A stretch of 64,000 nucleotides of DNA. It comes from a virus. The stretch lies in IMG/VR virus record IMGVR_UViG_3300025009_000007; one strand, 5' to 3'. The translations under genes were made by a program, and so were the position numbers. Positions 45,263 to 56,000 of the stretch are shown here, piece by piece (within the stretch, counting starts at the first letter, position 1; the number at the start of each line of letters is the position of its first letter). A model generated the notes under the pieces. It was given only the letters and a program-made list of their open reading frames with translations. It was not told where the DNA came from and ran no database searches.

Positions 45263-48200
45263 TTATTTACATTGTTTCATAACATTTTCTAAAAGATCAT
45301 TTGGTACTATATCAACTAAATAGGATATACTGGATAAATCTTCTTTTGGAGTCAATTGTATCTTCCAGAATTCAGTACTCTTACTTGAAACATTCTCACC
45401 ATTAGTTAATCCTACAGTAGCTTTATAATAACGTTGACCTTGATTAATTGCTGCAGCTCTCTTACGCATAATCTCATAGTTATCTTGAGTTCGTATAAGT
45501 TTCTTAGAATTGCCATTATTATCCAATTCTTTAAATTCCTTTAATATATCATTAACTGATGGAATAAAATCTGGTAAGAATGGTGCTGGATCATCATCCA
45601 TTGGAGCTTGATCTATATCAGCATCTTCCATATCATTAAAGTCATCAACATCATCTGAATTATTATTATCAATAGGATTAACAGTAGTTTGTTTAGCCGC
45701 AGATTGATTAGGTAATACAATAGATTTAGCAATAATATTGGTATCTATTAGTTTAATAATAGAATCTAATGCCGATTCAGCAACACTATCTTTCTTTACA
45801 TCAAATCCTAATGAGTTCAATATATCTATAATATTTTCAATAAATTTCTCAAATATATTTTTATCTTGTACTGTAATATTACTAGCAAATTCCTGTACGT
45901 ATTGATTGCTCAACATTAATGCTGTAAATTCTACATTATCTTGTAACGCATAAAATACATAGGTATCTTTATCAGATGTTAATTTCCTATCCACTTTAAA
46001 TACATCATACTTATCTTTTAACTTTGGATTACTGTTAATATATTTAGTTATTTCATCTCGCAATGATCCTAAATTTTTAACAATTTTCCTCTGTTCATCA
46101 TTCTTAGGATGTTTAATAGCATCCTGAGTAATTAAATGTATAAATTCATGTAAAAAAGTATGTTCTAATTTATCTACTTGTTTGTGACTTGTAATATTTG
46201 TATTCAGTTCAATAAGACGTTTACCGCTTGGAAATGTAGTTGATTTTCCAGCAGCCTCTATTCCCCAATTAGTAAGTAATTTAGATACCGGTTTTATATC
46301 AAACTTATCCAAATTTAAAGATTCAATTTTATCAAGAATAAGTTTAGATACTATTTTATTGAAAGGATCAGTAGAATTATTAAATATTTTATTAAGTACA
46401 TTAATACTTACACTTTTACCTGTTAATTCTGGTTTATAACTATCTTGTATATTTAATACTTCAAAACTAGACTGTGAGGATTTTTCATTATTAACTACTT
46501 CTTTAGGTTTAGTTGCAACATCTGCAACAGGTTTAACACTTGTATTAGATTTAGTTCTATCATCAGCAATTTGATTCTTGTTACCAAATATACTTGTAGT
46601 TAATCCTTTTCTCAAATAATTATATTCAGAAACTTTATCTCTACCGGATGTTCCAACTGTAGGAATTTCTACATATACAGGATAATATTTACCTTTATAT
46701 TCTCCGTCTCTTCCAGCATATTGATAAAGTTTAAATCTTTTTAATCCAACCTGAATAATAGCTTTATCCTGTATATATTGACTGAAAAATAATGGAACAT
46801 CTGTACCTTTATATAGAAATTCGTCATTATTTTTAATGAATGAATTTTCACTTACTTTAGGCAAACTATCAGGATCATTTTGCACAATCTGTAATACAGC
46901 ATCCGATACAATGTAACCAGCATCTGTTTCATTTATTGAAAATCTATTATCTTCATGTATATCATTTATCCAATTTGTAATGTTTTTCACAAATGGTAAT
47001 AGATGTAAATATGCAGCAGGAATATATTTAATGTATTGTGAAGCCTGTTGTACACCACCATTAAGATATGCAGACCATACTAAATCTTGAAATAAATCTC
47101 TAGATGTATAATTATCTTTACCATAAACTGAATATACTTCTCCATTAGGACCTAAATTCTTTTCATTAACTAATAGGTCAACTATTGCCTCATATAGTTT
47201 AGTTTCATTTGTATTCTCTTTAACAGAAGCTCTAAACTTAATAATACTTGGCAAGTTATTCTTCTTAATTACAATATCTAGATTGTTTAAGAATCTATTA
47301 TTAGGGAAGTTCCTTTTAATCTCCTGTAATACTTTGGCTAATGATTTATTTTCCTTAGTACTAATTAATAATCGTTTACGTTCATTATCAAGATAATTAG
47401 GATCAGTTATAGGTTCTTTTGAGAATAAATTAGGATCAGTAAATCTGTATTCCTTCATTTTATTCCACATCTTTTTTCTAAAGTCAGCCTTAGTTTCTCT
47501 ATTGGCATCTACTTTATTAAAAATAGATTCCAATAATCTGAAGTTCTCTTCTAAAGTAACTCTATCATATTTAAAGAATTTACTCCATAATGAATTATTA
47601 AGTTTTAATCCTGATTTAATTACCAATCCTTGAATAGTCTTTTCAGAAATTAAAGAATCAATATTTGCTATATTAACTTTTAATTCATCTAAGTCATTCT
47701 CACGTAATAATGTAGATATAAAGGATTTACCTAATCCTTGACTATCCAGATTTAATAAACTCTGTACTTTACCTATAGTTCTACCCTTAGGTTTAAGAGC
47801 AATATATTTGTCCAATATGGCAATCTGAGTAAGTTTGTAATTATCTACAGGAACTCCTTCAATCATATCACGCATTTTATCTATAGTAAGTAATTCATCA
47901 CCATATTTACTATGTTGAGTAGAATCATATTCAGCTTTATACTTATCACTAGTTATCAAATTTTCATAAGCTACCATGTCAATATTTGATACAAAGTCCC
48001 CTATACCACGTAATCGTTTCATTTCGTTTACGTAATCTATTATAATATCTTGTGCTAAGAAGTAAGGCACTTCTTTCTCAAATCCTAATTGGTTAAGTAT
48101 TTTTACAATGGCCGATGTTTCGGAACTAATGTTAAACTTATCAACAAGTTGTTCCTTATCATGGTCAACAGCTGCTGATTGATATCCGGAAATAACTTCA

Positions 48201-51200
48201 GATTTGAATGTGACATCTTTTGCATCCAAAAATTTATAAGGATTAATATTATCTATGTCAACATATTTCTTTACATCTACATCCTTTTCAGTCATTGTTG
48301 TTTGCTCAATAATAGCTTTTCTTAACAACTTCTGGGTACGTAAAGTATAAGGACTTGATAAATCTCCTATTGATGTACGCGAACCAAATGTTACATTAAA
48401 AGGATTGTTTTTGTTACCAACCATTCTAACATCTAAACCTTGTACTGTAGCATTAAACATTGAATCAGTACTGAATATACCAACTAGTTCCTTACCTACA
48501 GCAGACTCCAGAGCCTTCTGTTTATTGTATTCATCTGATAATCCCGTAAAATATTTACCTTCTTTAATATCACGTCTATTTCTTAATTCTATAATGTCTT
48601 TAGCAACATTTTCAAGCTCCCAAAATCCAAGTGGTTGATGTATTTGTTTTTGTACAGCAGAACTAGGATTAAAATGAATTGCTAGATGTATATCAAGAAT
48701 ATTATTAAGTAAACCATATTTAGCATTATTAAGTTTCTTGAAGTTATCTAGTCTTTTTACATAATAAAAGATATCGTCATATGTTGCACTTAAATCTTCT
48801 CTTAATAATTGTAATTCAGCAATATCTCCCCATTCTTTTTTACCTAACATTTCTTCAACAATATCTACCCAAGATTGTTTATCCTTTATAATATCTTTCA
48901 ATCCTTTTTTAGATTCAATTAAAGCCTTTAAATTTTCTTTAGCTACATTAATATCTTGTTGAATATTAGTATTGTCATAATCTGACATCTCTAATTTCTT
49001 CAATCCTGTTTCAGTATGCAGGTAAGTATGTTTATAAATATATAATTTATCTACGTCAAAGTCAGATCCCATACGTACTATAAACTCTTTAGGTGCTATA
49101 AGCAAATCTCCGACACTTGATCTGAAGAATCCAACCACTTCAATTTTAGCTTGAGAGTTTGGTCCTTGATTAGGAATACGCATACCAAAACGTTGTAATA
49201 ATTCATCAGGAATTTTATTAGTATCAATTAAATTAGTTTCCGAATCAATGTATTTATTTATATCCTCTGCAAAATCCCAAGGCAATATTATTTGATCTGG
49301 TCTACCAGAACCATCAGCAGCTTGTAATTCTTTACTATTCCAATTTTTAGTAAATACAATATTACTGTCTTTGAAATCAGTTTCGCTTAATTCCCTAACA
49401 TTTCTAAAGCCTGCTTCCGAACCTAATACATAAGATTTGCCTGGAAACTTTACTTTTAAAACTCTATTTGTTACAATAGAATTAAGTAGAGCCTCAAATT
49501 TATCAGCGGATGGACTAAACATTAGAAATTGTAATTCTGTGTCTAAATCAAGTGACTGCAAATCAGATAAAGGATAATTACGTTTAACAGCTTCTTCCTT
49601 TAAAAGTTCTTTTAATTTCTCGACATCTAATTGTCCAGTTTTCTCATTGTAATTTAATTCCTTTACTAATTCATCATGTTGAATTCTAAACAATTGATTA
49701 TAAAAGCCTAAATATTGTTTTTGTAATTCTCTACCTTTAACCGATTTACCATTTTTGTACCATGGAACTTTAAAGCCATCAATACCTAACATATTAATAA
49801 ATAAGTTTTTAGATGCTTGACTAACTTTAGTAATGGAATCCTTTAATGGATCATAAGGTACTTCTTGTTGTATTCCAAATCCTGAACGTGGAAGTAATAT
49901 ACTATTACTTTCATCAAATATAATTTCACTTTTGATTGTACCATCCTCATTCCAAATTTCTAATGGATTAGTTACATTACCTAACTTCACGGCGCTATCA
50001 TATGCAATTCTAGATATACCATGTTTTTCCATGGATATTCTTATGTTATCTAATTCAGTGTTCCTGGTTAAAAAAGGACTTAATGCAAATGATGCCGATT
50101 TAATATAAACCCGTCTACGTATACCTAATTTCTTATCAAATATATTTTTTACATAAATAGGTTTCTCAGGTTGTAATACAATATTTTTTAAATAATCGTA
50201 TTCCTCTTTACTTAAACTCTTCTCTAATACAGATATATAATCGTAATTTGATTCAGATAATTCGTTTGTTACAATCTTATAAACTTTATTATATAATCCT
50301 TTTATTTCAATTCTACCCTTCTTGTCTTTAATATACAAGTCTTCTAATAAAGTAACATACTCCTGGGCATCTGTTGAATTAATTTCCTTATACTTTTTTA
50401 ACTTTGCCTCATCATCTAATAACTTTTCCAATTGTTCATACGCAGAACTAACTATCTTTCTATCTCGTATAAATCCTTGTTTATAACTATTTGTAGTACT
50501 CTCATTAAATTGTTCTCTTGGAGCAATAGAAGAAGCAAGACGTTTACCAACATTTAAGAAAGTTTCCTTTGTATTCTTTTTATAATATAATGCTGGATCA
50601 CCTATATAGATTTGATATATATTAGCATTTCCTACAAGATATTGAATAACCATATCTGTAGCAATAGCTGTAAGTTTAGCATCATTATTAACTTTTTTAA
50701 ATTCATTATAAAAGTTAGCATCTATATATTGATTTGTTTTAATATCCTTAATAATACCTTCACGTTGCCAAACTTCCAGTTTCTCATTTGTAAGTTGGTT
50801 AATGTATTCTCTAATTACAGTGTTGATAACTTCTCTAAATTCTGTTCTGACATTAGAATTAAGAGTCCCGTCAATATTAAATAATCCATATTTGGGATCA
50901 TTCAATTCTGATAGGAATAAGAATTTTTTAGATCCTTCTAAATATTCCTTATTTAAATTAATAGATTCTCCGCGTGTTATAAGGCCATTTACTAATTCCA
51001 TTCTATTAATCTCAGGAACTACTAAACTTTCATATAACATGTCAATGGTATCTTCAGTTATCCTACCAGTTTCATAATCATACTGAATGTCAACTGCTTT
51101 AGCAGCTAATCCCATCACAGTGGTTTTACCAAATATTGTAGGAAATAATAACTTAATTATTCTATTCTTATTACCAGATTTATCTTTCTGACGTGCTTGC

Positions 51201-53050
51201 AATAACCCTATCTTTACAAGTTCTTGTTCCCCAGATGATAACTTATTAAAGTCTTTTCCATCTCTTGTAGCAGAACCTTGTTTCTTCAATGGTTCTAATG
51301 ATGTAGTAAAGAATTCTAAATTTGAAAATGTGGCACTTTCCTGGTCAACTATATATTCACCATTTGAAGCTTTCATTAATTCGCCATTATCATCCTTTTG
51401 AATCATATCCCTTAACCAACTTGAATTGGTTGCAAATCGGTCTGACAATATATCGGTAACAAGAGTATTCGTAAATACTTCAACTCCGTCTTCCTCAACT
51501 CTATTTAATATATGTAAATCGCGAGTTATATCAGTTAAGTCCTTATTTGCTCCATAAGAGAATACAGTTTTATTACCCTCTCTATGTGAGTGAGATAAAA
51601 AGTTAGTTGTAAATTGTCCTTCTTTGTATGCAAGAGTAGAAACTATTCCTTCTTCAGCAGGTAAAGCCTCATATATACTTCTACCTTGCTGTGTCTTTAA
51701 ATATTGAGTAGCTAATATATTGAATATACCACCTTTAAATTGATTTGCCCAGGAGTATTTCTTACCATTATATTTGAAGTATCCTTTATGTAATTCATTC
51801 CATGTCTTAGCATCTAGTTCAATTCCAAAATGCATTAACCAAGCTTTTATTTCAGTAGTAACTTCCTTGGGTGGATTGGCTCTCCATTTATCATATTGAC
51901 TAATAAGTTTTTTAGCTGTCTCTAAACTAACTATTTCAGTACCATCTTCATTAACCTGCACTAAATCTGACTCATAGAATTTATTTGTCCATCCTTCACG
52001 AATTGCTGATTCAATAGAATTTGAGTTAGATTCCATTACAGTTAATTGTTTATTAGTACCATTATCTCTCCACATTACTAATACACTATTACTATAGTGA
52101 TTAGTTAATAATGTAGTTAATTGGTTTCTGATGATATCAATATTAGGGGTATTATTATCCTTAAGTTTACCTACTACATCTTTTAGAAATGGAAAAGTTT
52201 CTTGATAAGATTCTAGTTTGGCAAGTATAACATTATAATCCGGAACTATATTTTTTGTAAGTACTTGAAGTTGCTTATATACATCGTCATAACCCATAAG
52301 TTCATCACGATTAAGTATATTCTTCTTCACTGTACCATTCTGATTGTATACTCTAATGTCAGCAAGGAAACGTTTAATTTTTCGAGAAGCCTTATCTATT
52401 CTATCAGTTTCATAGCTAGATTTATCATTAGTCTTCTCGTTCTCAGCAGTTTCATCTTCACTTATATGACCATCTTCATTAAGATTCATTTTATCAATAA
52501 TACTATCAGCCTTAAGTTTATTTTTAACTAATTCAATAATAGTATCCTTATTCAATAAATATGTCTTGTATAAATCTATAATCCTCTCATTGTATGCAAG
52601 TAAGTCATTAAGTTTTGCTAAAGAATTAACATCCTTTTTCTTAGTAGCTATTTTAATATTGGTATTAATATTCTCTATAAGAGATTGTCTACTAACTAAG
52701 TTATCTTCAATCTCTTTAAAAGTATTATCATATATAGTCTTAATACTCTTTTTCCCAATCAATGCTAACAGTGCATCCTTGTATAGTACATCTACGATAG
52801 CTTGTTGTTTAGAAACATCTAAATTCTTAATAATAATCTTTTCAGATAACTTCTTAAAGTCATCTATAAGAGATGGTTCTAAAGATGGTAAATCTGATGA
52901 ATTCTTAAAATTATTTGCATACTTAACAATAGTATCCATATTTGGAAGGCTATTATCATTTGCAATAAATAATCTATAGGCTTCTTTTTCACCTACTTGA
53001 TCTACTAAATATTTATATTCTGCGCTACTTTTGTTTGGACAAGCTATCAT
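45263..53050 (-). CDS. giant virion RNA polymerase candidate (crAss-like vRNAP) with a C-terminal zincin-like motif, 2595 aa
   Basis: DFDVD at nt 49049-49063 (about aa 1330) fits the DxDxD metal-binding signature of double-psi beta-barrel RNAPs of crAss-like phages. HEFIH lies at nt 46136-46150 (about aa 2301). Confidence 0.7.
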   Translation of the reverse strand: MIACPNKSSAEYKYLVDQVGEKEAYRLFIANDNSLPNMDTIVKYANNFKNSSDLPSLEPSLIDDFKKLSEKIIIKNLDVSKQQAIVDVLYKDALLALIGKKSIKTIYDNTFKEIEDNLVSRQSLIENINTNIKIATKKKDVNSLAKLNDLLAYNERIIDLYKTYLLNKDTIIELVKNKLKADSIIDKMNLNEDGHISEDETAENEKTNDKSSYETDRIDKASRKIKRFLADIRVYNQNGTVKKNILNRDELMGYDDVYKQLQVLTKNIVPDYNVILAKLESYQETFPFLKDVVGKLKDNNTPNIDIIRNQLTTLLTNHYSNSVLVMWRDNGTNKQLTVMESNSNSIESAIREGWTNKFYESDLVQVNEDGTEIVSLETAKKLISQYDKWRANPPKEVTTEIKAWLMHFGIELDAKTWNELHKGYFKYNGKKYSWANQFKGGIFNILATQYLKTQQGRSIYEALPAEEGIVSTLAYKEGQFTTNFLSHSHREGNKTVFSYGANKDLTDITRDLHILNRVEEDGVEVFTNTLVTDILSDRFATNSSWLRDMIQKDDNGELMKASNGEYIVDQESATFSNLEFFTTSLEPLKKQGSATRDGKDFNKLSSGEQELVKIGLLQARQKDKSGNKNRIIKLLFPTIFGKTTVMGLAAKAVDIQYDYETGRITEDTIDMLYESLVVPEINRMELVNGLITRGESINLNKEYLEGSKKFLFLSELNDPKYGLFNIDGTLNSNVRTEFREVINTVIREYINQLTNEKLEVWQREGIIKDIKTNQYIDANFYNEFKKVNNDAKLTAIATDMVIQYLVGNANIYQIYIGDPALYYKKNTKETFLNVGKRLASSIAPREQFNESTTNSYKQGFIRDRKIVSSAYEQLEKLLDDEAKLKKYKEINSTDAQEYVTLLEDLYIKDKKGRIEIKGLYNKVYKIVTNELSESNYDYISVLEKSLSKEEYDYLKNIVLQPEKPIYVKNIFDKKLGIRRRVYIKSASFALSPFLTRNTELDNIRISMEKHGISRIAYDSAVKLGNVTNPLEIWNEDGTIKSEIIFDESNSILLPRSGFGIQQEVPYDPLKDSITKVSQASKNLFINMLGIDGFKVPWYKNGKSVKGRELQKQYLGFYNQLFRIQHDELVKELNYNEKTGQLDVEKLKELLKEEAVKRNYPLSDLQSLDLDTELQFLMFSPSADKFEALLNSIVTNRVLKVKFPGKSYVLGSEAGFRNVRELSETDFKDSNIVFTKNWNSKELQAADGSGRPDQIILPWDFAEDINKYIDSETNLIDTNKIPDELLQRFGMRIPNQGPNSQAKIEVVGFFRSSVGDLLIAPKEFIVRMGSDFDVDKLYIYKHTYLHTETGLKKLEMSDYDNTNIQQDINVAKENLKALIESKKGLKDIIKDKQSWVDIVEEMLGKKEWGDIAELQLLREDLSATYDDIFYYVKRLDNFKKLNNAKYGLLNNILDIHLAIHFNPSSAVQKQIHQPLGFWELENVAKDIIELRNRRDIKEGKYFTGLSDEYNKQKALESAVGKELVGIFSTDSMFNATVQGLDVRMVGNKNNPFNVTFGSRTSIGDLSSPYTLRTQKLLRKAIIEQTTMTEKDVDVKKYVDIDNINPYKFLDAKDVTFKSEVISGYQSAAVDHDKEQLVDKFNISSETSAIVKILNQLGFEKEVPYFLAQDIIIDYVNEMKRLRGIGDFVSNIDMVAYENLITSDKYKAEYDSTQHSKYGDELLTIDKMRDMIEGVPVDNYKLTQIAILDKYIALKPKGRTIGKVQSLLNLDSQGLGKSFISTLLRENDLDELKVNIANIDSLISEKTIQGLVIKSGLKLNNSLWSKFFKYDRVTLEENFRLLESIFNKVDANRETKADFRKKMWNKMKEYRFTDPNLFSKEPITDPNYLDNERKRLLISTKENKSLAKVLQEIKRNFPNNRFLNNLDIVIKKNNLPSIIKFRASVKENTNETKLYEAIVDLLVNEKNLGPNGEVYSVYGKDNYTSRDLFQDLVWSAYLNGGVQQASQYIKYIPAAYLHLLPFVKNITNWINDIHEDNRFSINETDAGYIVSDAVLQIVQNDPDSLPKVSENSFIKNNDEFLYKGTDVPLFFSQYIQDKAIIQVGLKRFKLYQYAGRDGEYKGKYYPVYVEIPTVGTSGRDKVSEYNYLRKGLTTSIFGNKNQIADDRTKSNTSVKPVADVATKPKEVVNNEKSSQSSFEVLNIQDSYKPELTGKSVSINVLNKIFNNSTDPFNKIVSKLILDKIESLNLDKFDIKPVSKLLTNWGIEAAGKSTTFPSGKRLIELNTNITSHKQVDKLEHTFLHEFIHLITQDAIKHPKNDEQRKIVKNLGSLRDEITKYINSNPKLKDKYDVFKVDRKLTSDKDTYVFYALQDNVEFTALMLSNQYVQEFASNITVQDKNIFEKFIENIIDILNSLGFDVKKDSVAESALDSIIKLIDTNIIAKSIVLPNQSAAKQTTVNPIDNNNSDDVDDFNDMEDADIDQAPMDDDPAPFLPDFIPSVNDILKEFKELDNNGNSKKLIRTQDNYEIMRKRAAAINQGQRYYKATVGLTNGENVSSKSTEFWKIQLTPKEDLSSISYLVDIVPNDLLENVMKQCK

Positions 53051-53057
53051 ATTATTC

Positions 53058-56000
53058 TTATTTACATTTATTAATTCTATCTGTTACTTCGTCATCTGTA
53101 ATTGTTTTAACTTTTTCTAATACTTCTTCTGGTAAGAAAGGAGATTCATCTGTTCCAAATGTAAATCCATCTATATCAGGATTACCGAATGTATCTGTGA
53201 AATTCATATCTACATATCCGTCATCAACCTGTTCAGATGTCGTTACATTTTCAGTTACTGTAGTATCTTCCTTAGTAGAAGGTTTATCTATCTCAGGTGG
53301 AACTATTTCATCAAAGTCAATTACTATTCTTGGTTGTATTGTATAACTAAATACAGGCTTACCATCAACATTGTCAATTTCCTTAGATAGTATATCAGTC
53401 TTTGTATTCTCTTTCATATAATCTACATAATTATTATATATATCTTCTGTAGCATACCCTTCATCCGTCTTAATAATTGCTTTAACTGGTTTATTAGGAT
53501 TAATCAAAGTATTTTTTGAAATGTTAGAATACATTACAGGTAATATTTTTGTAGCAAGTTTGTCTAATAACTTCTCCAATTGTTGAGGAGTTGTATTTAA
53601 AGGATTTAGAAAACTTTCAGCACCTTCAGTTATAAATCGTATTTGCTGTCTATCAATAGAAAATAAAGTCTTAGTACTTGCATTTTTAAATTTTCTAACT
53701 TCATCTTTAAGTAAGTTACCTGCATTAAAATATACTTGAACAAACTGATTTATATATTCTGTTAATCCAGTATATGTACCTAGATCGCCTATAGCTTTCT
53801 CAACATTCTTTTCATCAGTAGTAAGATCCTCATTCCTAGCACGTTTATAATATATTCTAATAGCATTAAGAATACTTTCAGTTATTTTCTCAACATTTTT
53901 ACTATTAATAAGCATATCATTAACTACAGGAAATGCAATATAAACTTTACCTTTTTCATCTATTCCTGTTTGTACTATCATATAAGGTCTACCACTAATT
54001 ACCTTATCTCTATTTTTAATATTCAAATGTTCTATACCTTCAGTTGTAAAGAAGTCATCTCTACCACCAACAGCATAAATAACATTAGGATCATTATTAA
54101 TTTTAGACAATTTTTGTGCTCCTTCTATACTTCTAAATAAATAACCAGTTGCTTTAGATTTAATTGTAGTAGCAAATTTAGTATTTTTTGTGATATATTC
54201 CCTAATTGTACGTAGATTATTTTTAGCTTTCTCAACATCTCCATAAATATGTTCCTCACTAATCCATTCGTCAGTATGTAAATATCCTATTAAGTTGTCA
54301 TTTTCATCATACAATCCGATTGGTACATTGTCTCTATATAAATTTTCAATATCATCACTAGTCTTAATCTTTTCAACAAATTCTCCCCAGGTTTCTTTAG
54401 TTGTAAAGTTAATAACAGTTGTTAAATTATTCACTTCTTTCAATATAACTTTAGTTCCAGCACCATACTTATTAGGATTAAGTATTTTTATAAAACTTTC
54501 TTCATTTAAAGCATCATCAATATCTTTTATATATACTGCTTTACCTATCATAAACTTTTCATACATTCTTGAAAGATAGGCTAATATATCCCATCCTTTT
54601 TTAGAACGTTTATATTCATAAGTTATTTCACCTTGATCGCTTCCTGAAGGTTCCCTATTTAAATCTCGTACAAAGTCCTCAGTATTTTTAACATCTTTTT
54701 CAATATCCCTAATTACTTCTCCATCAAGAGGAGGTTCAGAAATTTTCTCATGAGTTTCCTGGGTAGCTTTAGTTTCTTCTACAACTTTAGGATTAGTTAC
54801 TACAGCTCTCTTACCAGCTTCTTCCCTATTGGCCCGTTCATCATCCTGAATCTTTTTATCGTTATCCTTATGTAAATTATCTTTCACTTCCGGATTAGAT
54901 TGTCCATCTATTATATCCTTTTTATCCTGTGTAGTCTTAGCTTTATTAACATCTTCCTGTACAGCTTTAGCCTCTGCTTCAGCTTGAGCTTTTGTAATTT
55001 CACTAATGTATTGAGCTTTCTTAGAAACTATGTTAGAGTATTCAGTGTCATAAGCCTTTTTAACTTCAGATAAGTCAGTTATGAACTCTTCTAGTTCCTT
55101 AATATCTTCCCATTTGGAATAGTCCTTTTCATTAAAGGCGCTAATCTTTTCCTTATTATCCTTTAACTTATTTTTAACTTCATCCTTCTCTTTCTGCAGT
55201 TGTTCAATTTGGTCGCCAATACCTTTTATTCTACCATCATGTAATTTGTTAACTCTATCTACAGTATCCTGATTCTTAGTTTCTTCACCTGCAAAATTAG
55301 ATAATCTATTATAATTATCGCGTAAGGCTACAACCTCATTATTCTTAGTCAATAATTCATCTTGAGTAAACTTATCCTTACTAGCCTTCATATTATTTAG
55401 AATAGCTAATTCATTATAATATGTCAATTCAGCTTTCTTAAGTCTAGCATTAGGTTTTAATAATGCTTCATTTCTAGCCGCTGTAACCTTAGCTTTAGTT
55501 TTACCTAATAACTGAATACTAGATTCAATATTCTTGAGACGCATTTGATCACTGGAAACTGTTGTATTGTCCAATGTTTGTATTTCATTCTTAAGTTTAT
55601 TAACCAAGTCAGATTGTTCCTGTTTAAGTTTACCAATCTCATTGGTTATAGCATTACGCCTAGCATTAATAGTATATAATTTGTTGTGCAACAAGTTTTC
55701 TTTTTCGCCGCTAAACTTTCTTGCTATCTTGGTATAATCTTTCTCCAATTCTAATAATTGAGAAAGTCTATCATCGGCATCTTGTTTATAAGTAGGTTCA
55801 TATCCTTTAGCAGTAGCTTCTTCAGGAGTCATTTCAGACACCTCTTTAAGGTCAGTTTCTAAATTTTCTGTAGTACCAGATGTAAAATTCCTATAAGCTA
55901 ATTGAGAAAATTCATCATCTTTGATCAAATTATAAACAGCTGTATTTCCTCTTTTGAAAGCATCGTTTTTAAGCTGCTCATTCTTTGTACGTTGGGCTAT

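Noticed and set aside
42586-54579. ORF-track entries on the plus strand inside the giant minus-strand genes (42586-43002, 44569-44808, 48405-48638, 50612-51077, 52265-52979, 53035-53346, 54295-54579), plus the alternate-frame minus-strand entry 43589-43789.
   Set aside because: They lie wholly within long, motif-bearing minus-strand ORFs. Their translations are low-complexity Ser/Leu/Ile/Phe-rich sequences typical of wrong-frame or antisense reading of AT-rich coding DNA, and they have no independent start context.
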